A stretch of DNA of 64,000 nt from a virus (IMGVR_UViG_3300010396_000009:1-64000); one strand, 5' to 3'; shown: positions 9,618 to 18,290, numbered from the stretch's first letter. Numbers and translations: made by a program. The notes: generated by a model from the letters alone, not told the origin.

Positions 9618-10142
9618 TTAACCCTTCGCATCGGTCGGGATCTTTCCGGCCGCGGCGTCCTGGAACATCTTCATGTACTCGGCCAGCTGCTCTTCGCTGA
9701 GCTCAGTGCGCAGCTCATTGAACAGCTCGCCGAACTTGTCCGCCATCTTGGTGAACTTCTTGATCTTCTTGGCCTCGGTCGGAGAACCACCGGCCTTGAT
9801 CGCGGTGATCTCCTTATTGATCTCATCGATCTTCTTCTGCAGGCGGACCACGCGCTGCTCGAGGAACGGGATCTCGTTCTCGAAGTTGCTGCGCTTCAGC
9901 CGAAGATGAACGGCGGGATCATAATCAGTGGGCCACTCCTTGAGCTTGACCGTGGCCTCGCCGTCAGGGCCCATCTGGAGACCCGGGTACATCACCTTGA
10001 TAACCTTCTCCTTGGGCTCGCGCTTCTTCTTTTCCTTTGGAGCCTTAGTCTCCTCGGTCTTGGTCTCGGGCGCCACATTCTTGGCCTGAGCCTCAGTGAC
10101 AGGTGCTGCTTCGTTCTTCTGACCTCTGTTCTTCTTACTCAT
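9618..10142 (-). CDS. Lys/Glu-rich hypothetical protein, paralog of 5430..5921
   Basis: KLKEWPTDYDPAVHLRLKRSNFENEIPFL. Confidence 0.8.
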   Translation of the reverse strand: MSKKNRGQKNEAAPVTEAQAKNVAPETKTEETKAPKEKKKREPKEKVIKVMYPGLQMGPDGEATVKLKEWPTDYDPAVHLRLKRSNFENEIPFLEQRVVRLQKKIDEINKEITAIKAGGSPTEAKKIKKFTKMADKFGELFNELRTELSEEQLAEYMKMFQDAAAGKIPTDAKG

Positions 10143-10169
10143 GACGACTTCCTTTCAAGACAGAAAACA

Positions 10170-10201
10170 GTCGGTGTTGAAACGGCCACCGACACGCCGT
10201 T
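10170..10201 (-). promoter_or_regulatory. H-type pseudoknot in a 5' UTR
   Basis: AACGGC-GU-GUCGGUG-GCCGUU-UCAA-CACCGAC: two crossing perfect stems of 6 and 7 bp. Confidence 0.55.
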
Positions 10202-10220
10202 CTACTTCGCTGATTAAAGC

Positions 10221-10249
10221 ATTATAACGACTCACGACGAACTTGTACA
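10221..10249 (-). promoter_or_regulatory. sigma70-type promoter TGTACA-N17-TATAAT
   Basis: 17-nt spacer; intergenic. Confidence 0.75.
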
Positions 10250-10258
10250 GGACTCTCC

Positions 10259-10576
10259 CTACTCAAATTGACAGTCCTGCTCGCGCTCCAGGAACGACTC
10301 ATGGCGCTGGCGAGCCCACCGAAGGGCCGCCGGGCGTGTGCTGACACCAGCTTCCCTGAGAGCTGTGAGCAGCTCCTCATCTGTATAGCACTCATCGACG
10401 ACGGAGCATGAACCTTCTCCGAACGTCGGGTCCTGGCGAATCGCCTCGACCAGTGGATCTCGCTTCTTGCTCATGATGGCTTGCTCCTCTAAGTAACGGT
10501 CATATTGACGAAGAATAGGCCCGGCCACGGCTGCTATCCGTAGCCAGAACCTCACAGGCTCAGTTCTTATGTACAT
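10259..10576 (-). CDS. hypothetical early protein (may be two small genes)
   Basis: Internal GAGGAG SD before MSKKRD. Confidence 0.5.
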   Translation of the reverse strand: MYIRTEPVRFWLRIAAVAGPILRQYDRYLEEQAIMSKKRDPLVEAIRQDPTFGEGSCSVVDECYTDEELLTALREAGVSTRPAALRWARQRHESFLEREQDCQFE

Positions 10577-11106
10577 TATGGTCTGTTCTCCGCAAGGAAG
10601 TTGTTAATCTGATCCGAGTCTCCGACTAACTCGACGAATCCATGACCGCACCAGCGAGCAGTGATGCACCAGTCATGAAGATGCTGCAGTAAGCTCGTCC
10701 ACTTGATCTCATCGAGGGCTTCTTCGAGATCAGCGAATTCTCGATCTGGCTCTTTGAGCAGCTGATCGCATCTAACAGTTCTGCGAATTGGCACCTTCTC
10801 ACCATCTAAGCCCCACTGCTCACTAAGGGCCCAGTTCCATAATCGGCGTTCCGCCTCCTCGAGCGAGACACAGAAATCTGTCGCCGGGTATCCGTCATAC
10901 CCGATGTCGAATCCGCCCTTGCAGATAGAGATCGAGTAGCGAAAGAACGGATCATCTGCTGCCCACTCTGCGGTGATCGGCACTTCGTAGACGAAGCGCG
11001 GTTCGCCGTCTTCTTGAAGATCTCCCTCATGAGGGAGCGGCTTCTTGCTGGTGCAGAGCCTTCGAGATTTTTGAAACTGCTCGAATGTATTCATGACTTC
11101 TCCCAT
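10576..11106 (-). CDS. hypothetical early protein
   Basis: 176-aa ORF on the coding strand of a packed operon. Confidence 0.6.
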   Translation of the reverse strand: MGEVMNTFEQFQKSRRLCTSKKPLPHEGDLQEDGEPRFVYEVPITAEWAADDPFFRYSISICKGGFDIGYDGYPATDFCVSLEEAERRLWNWALSEQWGLDGEKVPIRRTVRCDQLLKEPDREFADLEEALDEIKWTSLLQHLHDWCITARWCGHGFVELVGDSDQINNFLAENRP

Positions 11107-11154
11107 GGGGTCCAGTTAATGCGATTAGTCAGCTTGGTTAGGCACATGCTCGCC

Positions 11155-11364
11155 TTATGCACCTCGGGGGTAGTGAGAAACTACCTGCTGGCAGAAGTAG
11201 CACATCTCGAGAGGGTTAAACGTGACGCAGATGTCGCAGATTCTAAGCTGCCTGGACTTTGAATCCGGGGTGACCTCATCGCACTGCTCGAGCTCAGCAT
11301 ATTCCTTGGCAAGGTCAGCGATCTGCTCGAGTCGATCACTGTCCAATCTTCCTACAGTCGGCAT
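11155..11364 (-). CDS. small Cys-containing hypothetical protein
   Basis: AGGAGAAGCAAGATG start context, identical to that of the next gene; CxxC...CxxC. Confidence 0.6.
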   Translation of the reverse strand: MPTVGRLDSDRLEQIADLAKEYAELEQCDEVTPDSKSRQLRICDICVTFNPLEMCYFCQQVVSHYPRGA

Positions 11365-11374
11365 CTTGCTTCTC

Positions 11375-11632
11375 CTAGAGGGACAACAATTGATTAACGA
11401 ACTGCCAGGACTTGTAAACGGTCATTTGCTTGATCTCATCATCGGCATCCTTGCACCAGAGCTCGAAGACCCGAAGATCATTAGCCCAGTAGTCATCTTC
11501 GCCTTCGCCCCAGACGGTTATGACCATTGGCTGCCTGCTGCGGTCGCAGTACCAGATGTCTGCATCCTCGTCTCGCCCGACGAAAACACAGCTGCTACAC
11601 TTGGCCCACTTGTATTTCGGTTCACACAGCAT
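11375..11632 (-). CDS. hypothetical early protein
   Basis: AGGAGAAGCAAGATG start context; first gene after the ribozyme. Confidence 0.65.
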   Translation of the reverse strand: MLCEPKYKWAKCSSCVFVGRDEDADIWYCDRSRQPMVITVWGEGEDDYWANDLRVFELWCKDADDEIKQMTVYKSWQFVNQLLSL

Positions 11633-11652
11633 CTTGCTTCTCCTGTTCTACG

Positions 11653-11723
11653 AGAGACCTGTCTCATTCAGCGGCGGTAGGTCATCTCCGCCGGATCCCG
11701 GGCTACCATGCCGGGATTTCGAC
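11653..11723 (-). ncRNA. type II hammerhead ribozyme with pseudoknot
   Basis: GUC-GAAA-UCCCGG[9]CCGGGA-UC^-CGGCGG[AGAUGACCUA]CCGCCG-CUGAAUGA-GAC-AGGUCUCU; loop I GACCU pairs with the 3' tail AGGUC. Confidence 0.88.
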
Positions 11724-11916
11724 TACCTGTCTTGTGCTACGCCCGCTGTCACCGGGAGGTTGTCTATAGCTCACGCCGGGGATAGTGCCGGTCTACTGCC
11801 TGCTCTAGGCAGATCGTGATTGGCTGCAGTCCAGTCGTACCACCTGAGATGAGAGGGGCTGCGATGTGGGAACAGATTCGCGGATGCCCGGTGTTACTGC
11901 TGCATAGGCCTGTCAA

Positions 11917-11949
11917 ATTGTCAAAGAGCCTGGCAGATGGAGCTGCCAG
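11917..11949 (-). promoter_or_regulatory. rrn-like boxB hairpin plus boxA antitermination site
   Basis: CTGGCAG-N6-CTGCCAG hairpin immediately followed by GCTCTTTGACAAT (E. coli rrn boxA is TGCTCTTTAACA). Confidence 0.65.
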
Positions 11950-12042
11950 CCGTCTTCGGAGGTAGTGACACCTCCTCGGTCTCTGTGAGGAGCACGGGCC
12001 GTCGGACACAACCTGGCCGTTGTGTCCTCCGGTTCGGGCTCG

Positions 12043-12492
12043 CTACTTGAGCGGCTTGGTCCCGTTGATGGTCAGGTTGAAGCTCAGCGTGGCGGGAAGC
12101 CGCACACCGTCAACCACCACCGTGGTCTGCTCCGAGATCGTCCAGCCGAGGCTCTTGTCGGGGTTCTCGTACTTCACCCTGGCCGAGTACGGCACCTTGC
12201 CGACGGCCACCTCGATGGGCTTGGCGTGCTGGGCAAACCGCTCCCTGGTCATCACCGAGGTGACGGCCTGGTGCCTGGCCTGCTTCCGCAGCTTCTTGGC
12301 CTCGCTGCTCATCAGCACAGCGATCTCCTCCATGCTCAGTCCCATCGCCAGCCAGGCATTCCGCTTGGCGTCGACCTCCGCTGCCGCTGCGGCGTTCTGC
12401 GGGGTGATACCCGTCTGCAGCCTGGCCTCGACCTGGGCCAGGGATTCGCCAACGCTGCTCATCTTCGATGATGCTGTGTTACGACGGCTCAT
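12043..12492 (-). CDS. hypothetical protein, probable first early gene
   Basis: CAGGAG SD, GC-rich third positions, directly downstream of the AT-rich region. Confidence 0.7.
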   Translation of the reverse strand: MSRRNTASSKMSSVGESLAQVEARLQTGITPQNAAAAAEVDAKRNAWLAMGLSMEEIAVLMSSEAKKLRKQARHQAVTSVMTRERFAQHAKPIEVAVGKVPYSARVKYENPDKSLGWTISEQTTVVVDGVRLPATLSFNLTINGTKPLK

Positions 12493-12553
12493 GACATGTC
12501 TCCTGTGTGGACCAACCGCTACGCCACCCAGGTCGCCATGCGGATACCGCTAG

Positions 12554-12812
12554 GTCCTAGGTCGGATCGTAGTATTAAAATCCGATCGCATTATAGTATA
12601 AAATTGCAAAGATTAAAAATTTTTATTTAGTTTTCACTAACTCATGTGCAGCACACAACTTAGGGACGCGGCCACTAGTATACAAATGAGCAGTAGATAC
12701 TTTTTGTATATCATGACATATTTGCTACTTTTTAATTAAAAATTTGGCTAAATTTTTATACATAAAATGATGATCGTCCCTAAGTTCATACAATGAGTAT
12801 ATTATATTTAAT
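12554..12812. promoter_or_regulatory. AT-rich divergent control region (early promoter, possible origin)
   Basis: Sharp AT enrichment with A/T tracts and a minus-strand TATAAT at 12590-12595. Confidence 0.55.
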
Positions 12813-13337
12813 ATGAACAATCAATTAAAACAATTGACGTTTAACTTCCAAGTGGACCATTTTCATGAAGGTCTACTTCTGCGAAAGATTCCTAATGAAA
12901 CAGGGTTCTTCGCTAGAGAAGATGGAACTATCTGGACTACTTGGATTAACAGGGGCAGAGGAAAACGAAGACATGAGTGGATTATGGGAGATGAGTACTT
13001 ACCAGTACATTTAAGTTTATGCGGTAAGCACCCGCATGTTAAGCTTTGGACAAAAGTCTACCATGTAGGGGTTGTCATTCTTACTACTTTCATAGGGCCA
13101 TGTCCGCCAGGACTAGAGTGTTGTCACGGGCCAGACGACAATCCTATGAATAATGCTGTAAGTAATCTTAGATGGGATACTAGATCTGCTAACGTAAAAG
13201 ACAGAAAATTTTCAAAGCTAGACGCTGAGCAAAGACAAGAAATTAAGTAAGAGTACGCTGATGGGACTAAAGTTGCAGAGATAGCTATATTGTTTGGAGT
13301 ATCGAAGAATTCTATTTATTTAGCTCTTCGAAGTTAG
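12813..13337 (+). pseudogene. HNH homing endonuclease with an in-frame TAA at 13248-13250 before its C-terminal HTH
   Basis: VILTTFIGPCPPGLECCHGPDDNPMNNAVSNLRWDTRSAN; the frame continues EYADGTKVAEIAILFGVSKNSIYLALRS*. Confidence 0.8.
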
Positions 13338-15232
13338 CCAAGCGGCTCCAAGTGCTGCTCACGCTCCTTGCTCTTGGCGTGCAGCCAGTTCTCGGTGGAC
13401 CAGCCGACGGTGGCCCTGATCGGCACGCAGAACGGCTTGCTCGGCGCGTCTAGTACTGTCACGATGCGCCTGAGTAAATTATCATCTTTCTCGAGCAGCT
13501 CGAGCGGGGCGTACCCAACGATCTCGTCATGCACTGACGCCACTTGTAGTAGCTCTGGCACTTCGTCGTTGAGCGCCACCATGCGCTCTTTCAAAAGGTC
13601 GCCGGCGCCCGACTGACATACAGCGTTGAACGCCTTATGAGCCCACTTCTCATCGAGGATCCTGCGACGCCCATAGTGATTTCGCACATAGCCGCGCTTG
13701 CGACATGCAGCCGACGCCTGCCGCGAGGCCTGCTTGAGCTCAGGCAATAACTTATTATGGTAGTCGTTATAGATCTTCAGAGCCCGCTGCTCGCACAGCA
13801 TCTGAATCATCGCGCCGCGAGACTCGGGTCTCACGCCTGATGCATCGACCTCCTTGATGATGTCACCGACGAAGTCTTCATTGATCGCCAGCGTCGCCAC
13901 GGTCTTTTTCTTGCCACCGCCGTATCCCATCATAAAGTTGATCGTCTTCGCTGGCTCGCGTGGGCACGGCACAGAATCAGCAACGTACTGGTGAAAGTCT
14001 GTCCAGGGGTTTGCTACGTAAGCATCTATGCAGTTCTTGTTCTCTGTGTAGTGCACGATTATGCGGAATTCTATTTGTGAGTAGTCAGCTACTACGATTC
14101 CGTAACCCTCTGGTGGTATGATCAGAGTCTTCGCTATTTTACTCAGCTGCTGTAGATTTGGATCACTGCAGCTCATGCGCCCGGTGCGCACGCTTTGATT
14201 ATACGTCGCGTGCATTCGCCCGCGAGGATCAACGATCTCTTGCCACTTCTCGAGAAATAGCGACCTGAGGTTCTCGCACTTGCGGTACTCAATCATCGCG
14301 TTGATGAGATCTTTAGGTGAGCCCGGATACTTCTTATAGAGCTTTAGAGCGTTCTTATCGAAGCTCGGACCAGGCACGCCGGTCTCGGTAGTGGGCTCCG
14401 TCCACGCCAGTACAGGGAGACCAAACTGGTTGCACAGGATATCATAGCAGTCCTTGCTGCTCGTCGGGAGAAAGGATCTACCCGCGAGCTTGTCCATCTG
14501 CGCATCGAGCTCATACATCTTGATGAGCGTGCGCATCTCAGCTTTCTTGAGCTCTGTGGGATTCACTAGGATGCCGCGCTGCTCCATCTCGAATAGCAGC
14601 CGGGTTACTCGATGCTCAGTATACTGGACTCCCAGCGACTCTTCGGGCATCTTATCCTTGATATAGCTATAAAGAGCCTTTGTGGCTTTTATATCTATAC
14701 AAGCGTACTCGGCCAGGATATCTATCGGGATGCGACCGTAGTCCTTGTTCCCGGCGAGGTACGGCACCATCGCCAAGCCAAATTTGTCAATATCGAAGTC
14801 ACACCACTGCTTGGATAGCACATCGAGTCCATAGCCGCCCTTGAACTGTCTGTCTGAGTCGACTAATTTAGCGTCATTGACCGTGCAGATCATTTCGGTC
14901 GACGACTTCGGAGATAATCCCAGGTCAGTCGCTGAGACATGGGCGTCGAACTTTATGTTATGATTCACCCAGCGCTTTGTAGCCATCAGCACATCAGACC
15001 ACCAGCCCGTGATCATCAGGTGCCTGGGTACGAAGTGTGTCGGGGCATCAAGACCGAATGACACAGCCGCGCCGATCGCGCTGCAGTGCCCGGTGTGTGG
15101 ATTTACCGCCATGAGCTTTGGATCGCCAGACGATGTCTCAAAGTCAGCGAACAAGTGCTCTATTGATGATGGAACAGCGGGCAGCTCGCTGAACTGCTCA
15201 ACGAGCTGCCCGCCAGACTCAAATGTGATCAT
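13334..15232 (-). CDS. polA: DNA polymerase family A with 3'-5' exonuclease
   Basis: Exo motifs DFET, HNIKFD, YACID; RTGRMS; motif A DYSQIEFR, motif B KTINF..GYG, motif C VHDE. Confidence 0.96.
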   Translation of the reverse strand: MITFESGGQLVEQFSELPAVPSSIEHLFADFETSSGDPKLMAVNPHTGHCSAIGAAVSFGLDAPTHFVPRHLMITGWWSDVLMATKRWVNHNIKFDAHVSATDLGLSPKSSTEMICTVNDAKLVDSDRQFKGGYGLDVLSKQWCDFDIDKFGLAMVPYLAGNKDYGRIPIDILAEYACIDIKATKALYSYIKDKMPEESLGVQYTEHRVTRLLFEMEQRGILVNPTELKKAEMRTLIKMYELDAQMDKLAGRSFLPTSSKDCYDILCNQFGLPVLAWTEPTTETGVPGPSFDKNALKLYKKYPGSPKDLINAMIEYRKCENLRSLFLEKWQEIVDPRGRMHATYNQSVRTGRMSCSDPNLQQLSKIAKTLIIPPEGYGIVVADYSQIEFRIIVHYTENKNCIDAYVANPWTDFHQYVADSVPCPREPAKTINFMMGYGGGKKKTVATLAINEDFVGDIIKEVDASGVRPESRGAMIQMLCEQRALKIYNDYHNKLLPELKQASRQASAACRKRGYVRNHYGRRRILDEKWAHKAFNAVCQSGAGDLLKERMVALNDEVPELLQVASVHDEIVGYAPLELLEKDDNLLRRIVTVLDAPSKPFCVPIRATVGWSTENWLHAKSKEREQHLEPLG

Positions 15233-15795
15233 ACGCTAGTTCCTTGAGTGAGCTCCCTGAACTCTTTCAAGCGAGCCCTGTATGCCCGCGCGACGCGCTC
15301 GATGAGATCACCCTCGGTGACCTTGCCGAGCATGTCAACATTGACGATGTATGGCTGATCGCGAACGATGATAGTGCCCTTGCTCACCATTCCCATAAAA
15401 GTGTCATTCACTTTCAGGATGTGCTCAAGGTTATACATCGAGTCTCCGCGCGCTCGGAAGCGCTCCTCAATATGTTGCGCTGATGCATAGATCACCACCT
15501 GAAACCCGCATCGTCGCTTGAACTCCGCCTGTACGAGGTCCCACTTGAGTGGGGTCATCTGAGTAGATCGATCATCGCAGAAGCGATAAGCGAGCTCATC
15601 TAAATGAAACCTATCCCATATCGACGTCACGCACATCCGATCAATGTAGTCGTGATATGCGTCGAACCACTTAGGAATCCTGCTCAGGTGATGAAGCATG
15701 TGAGGCATGCAAAACGTATCATCTTGTAAGCGCTCGACCAGCTTTTGGCAGAAGGTCGTCTTGCCGACGAGGTCGGCCCCTGATACTACGATCAT
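15229..15795 (-). CDS. P-loop deoxynucleoside monophosphate kinase (thymidylate kinase-like)
   Basis: VSGADLVGKTT Walker A, DRF motif, RxxxRGD lid. Confidence 0.8.
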   Translation of the reverse strand: MIVVSGADLVGKTTFCQKLVERLQDDTFCMPHMLHHLSRIPKWFDAYHDYIDRMCVTSIWDRFHLDELAYRFCDDRSTQMTPLKWDLVQAEFKRRCGFQVVIYASAQHIEERFRARGDSMYNLEHILKVNDTFMGMVSKGTIIVRDQPYIVNVDMLGKVTEGDLIERVARAYRARLKEFRELTQGTSV

Positions 15796-15798
15796 ACG

Positions 15799-15981
15799 CT
15801 ACTCCCTTTCTTCAATCTCGAGGAACATTCCAGTATCCGCGTCGAGCTTCTCGAACTTCCCTTTCTTGGTGACCTGAATGATCTCGATGTCGCCGTTAGA
15901 GGCCTCCTCGAGAACTTCGTCACTCAGCGCGCTCACCACTGACAGCTTTGGCTCGTCTTCGCTCACGATTAACCACTGCAT
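15799..15981 (-). CDS. small acidic hypothetical protein
   Basis: CAGGAG SD; fills the gap between the kinase and the TS homolog. Confidence 0.5.
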   Translation of the reverse strand: MQWLIVSEDEPKLSVVSALSDEVLEEASNGDIEIIQVTKKGKFEKLDADTGMFLEIEERE

Positions 15982-16912
15982 TGAAAGCTCCTGATTTAAA
16001 GGACATAAGATCGATTACAGAAACACACGTCTTACTCGCGCACGCTTTCACCAAGTCTCGGCTCATGTCGCCGAGCTTTGCATATATATTTGGGTCATAA
16101 TTCTTGTCCTCGCGAAGTGACCGCTCGACTTCCACGGCGTCCTGGATTGTCGCGATCGAGTCGTTGAGCAGCCACGTGTTTGGCAGCGCCCTATCGACTC
16201 CCCACACGCGATACTTGGCGGCTTCCTCGGCCTTTTCCTTAAACCGCGAGTACAGGTGCATGCTCCCGACGTTATGCGTGTAGTCGCCGATCTTGAGATC
16301 GAGCTCGCACGCCATAAGTCTCTGGATGCACGTGAATGCAAAGACGTCGAGCGGAAAGCCCAGCCATGCGTCATTACTTCGCATGTTCACCACAAGATTA
16401 AGTCTTTCCTTGCGAGCTATAAACTGTAACGTTAAGGTGCACGGAATGTCCTTGTGAGGAGGCACCTGATCTGCTGCCCAGAGGTCCTCGGGGTGCCAAA
16501 TGGTCACCACGGCCTGGCGACTATTCGGATCTTTCGCCAAGATATCACGGGCTATGTAGAGCAGCGGTGCCTCAGTTTCAACTGTCCAGAATAGCCGTGG
16601 TCCGTACGCCCCGTATGTCACCTCGCCTGAAGCATACTTTCGATAGCTCGGCGCATACTCCTGAAGCATAGCGATCGCCCCGCTGCCTCCCATATACCAG
16701 AGCACCTCGGCGGCCGCGTACGCAGCAGATACATTTCTTACATCGTTCATTAATAAGGTGCACTGCCCAGCTGCGCTCAGCTTCGCTGAGTAGCCAATGA
16801 TCTCGCCGCAGACGTCGCCATCGCGTGACGCTTGAGAGCCTATGTCCTGGTCTAGTAGCTGATCCAGGAGATGAATGAACCATGTGTCGATAGAGTTGAA
16901 CATTAGTCGCAT
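15920..16912 (-). CDS. thymidylate synthase homolog, probably a dCMP (hydroxy)methyltransferase (start MRLMF at 16912)
   Basis: SRQAV, DIPC, MRSNDAWLGFPLD and GSMHLY; Asp at the E. coli ThyA Asn177 position. Confidence 0.88.
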   Translation of the reverse strand: MRLMFNSIDTWFIHLLDQLLDQDIGSQASRDGDVCGEIIGYSAKLSAAGQCTLLMNDVRNVSAAYAAAEVLWYMGGSGAIAMLQEYAPSYRKYASGEVTYGAYGPRLFWTVETEAPLLYIARDILAKDPNSRQAVVTIWHPEDLWAADQVPPHKDIPCTLTLQFIARKERLNLVVNMRSNDAWLGFPLDVFAFTCIQRLMACELDLKIGDYTHNVGSMHLYSRFKEKAEEAAKYRVWGVDRALPNTWLLNDSIATIQDAVEVERSLREDKNYDPNIYAKLGDMSRDLVKACASKTCVSVIDLMSFKSGAFNAVVNRERRRAKAVSGERAE

Positions 16913-16918
16913 GCTCCT

Positions 16919-16947
16919 ATTATAACAGGGATCCCTTCTTAGGTACA
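16919..16947 (-). promoter_or_regulatory. sigma70-type promoter TGTACC-N17-TATAAT with extended -10
   Basis: 17-nt spacer; the predicted TSS falls at about the ATG at 16912. Confidence 0.55.
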
Positions 16948-18290
16948 CTCTTCCAGGACCTTACCAGCTTTCCGGTGATTGGGTCAACGTTGAAGCGCCG
17001 AAACTGCTTTTGCACGCACTTCGGGTAGCGATCCATTGAGAACTGCTGCCCAACGTAGTTGCTCACGTCGATGACCTTCTCGATCATTCCCGACGAGTCT
17101 TGTCCCTCGAAGAGCCCGGTCCTCGCGTTATACGTAGTGGTCCATTCTTTTACTTCATCATCGGTGTTATCCCACTCATCATTCAGGCACGACAGGCATT
17201 GCTCGGCTATCCACTCGCCGACCTCTGGGCACACTCCCTTCGCCAGCTGGTGACACGGGTCATGCCCGACTGGGATCTTGTCACCCCAGCCCATGATCTT
17301 GGCGAGCTCACCTATAGTTAGAGGGCGATCATGCCACGGGTGAATCAGCCTAGTTGAGCTCGACTGGAGAGTCGGACACGGGCGGAACCAGCTCGTGCGA
17401 TATATGCAGTGCATGCTAAAGGGCATATTAGACGAGCGATTAGTCCACTTTAGCTTTTGTCGAGCCGTGCAGTTCTCGAAGTCATACTGAGCTAGCGTGT
17501 TCAATCCCCAGCCCGTTGGCAGCCGCGGAATGGCGTCCCTGTCGTCTTCTCTCAGCAGGGCATAAGAATCAGCGTCATAGTTATCAGAGACGCGATCCCA
17601 CGGGTGAGTAACCCTGTCCATGTCACCGCCTATAGCGTCAAAGAGCACGGGATAGTACGGGCTGATGTCAGGCAGCGAGATGTTGAATTTCTTGTCGCGC
17701 GGATACAGGATGTAGAAATATCTCTTGCGCTGCTGACAGTTGCCGAATGTGGCGGCGTTGATGAAGACATGGGCGACGCGGTAGCCGTAGGTCACAGCGC
17801 GCTGCGTTACTTCAGCAAATAAAGGTCGCCCGGTGCTATACGCCTGGTTCACGCTTTCAAGGACGATGATCGGAAATTGACCCATCGCCCAATTGAATAC
17901 GTCGTGCGTGTCCTGGCATTGCCTCGCATGGATGCCATGACCCGATGCGCCGTACCCAGCCGTAGTGCACGACCACGAGGTGCATCTTGGATTGGCGAAG
18001 CACACGTCACCATCAAGGCACTTCGGCCAATCATCCGGGTGTGAGTCAATGACGTTAGGCACGCCCCACACCCGACGACTGGTCTCGAGTCCAAACCCGT
18101 GACGCTCTAGGTGGTACTCGACGTCGAAGTGCTTTTGGAATCCGCCTGAGAATCCGCCGGCGAAGACGTGGCACCCGACGGCTTTTCTCTTAGAAACTGT
18201 AACCATACATTCCTTGCTATGGCCATGCATGCTGGGCACAGCCAAACTATCGAAGCGTTCTCGTAACTGGTCAAGGACAGCGAGTGACAC
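16920..18290 (-). CDS. divergent DNA cytosine-C5 methyltransferase (start may be 18206)
   Basis: Motif I-like FAGGF, IV NPRC, VI LESV, VIII QQRKR, IX RPLTIGELAKIMG, X QLAKGV. Confidence 0.82.
   Translation of the reverse strand: MSLAVLDQLRERFDSLAVPSMHGHSKECMVTVSKRKAVGCHVFAGGFSGGFQKHFDVEYHLERHGFGLETSRRVWGVPNVIDSHPDDWPKCLDGDVCFANPRCTSWSCTTAGYGASGHGIHARQCQDTHDVFNWAMGQFPIIVLESVNQAYSTGRPLFAEVTQRAVTYGYRVAHVFINAATFGNCQQRKRYFYILYPRDKKFNISLPDISPYYPVLFDAIGGDMDRVTHPWDRVSDNYDADSYALLREDDRDAIPRLPTGWGLNTLAQYDFENCTARQKLKWTNRSSNMPFSMHCIYRTSWFRPCPTLQSSSTRLIHPWHDRPLTIGELAKIMGWGDKIPVGHDPCHQLAKGVCPEVGEWIAEQCLSCLNDEWDNTDDEVKEWTTTYNARTGLFEGQDSSGMIEKVIDVSNYVGQQFSMDRYPKCVQKQFRRFNVDPITGKLVRSWKSVPKKGSLL

Noticed and set aside
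11724-11900. Possible second ribozyme (HDV-like or twister) upstream of the hammerhead
   Set aside because: Fragments such as ACC-UCCC-GGU and CCCG-GUGACAG-CGGG lack the required P1 and pseudoknot partners.
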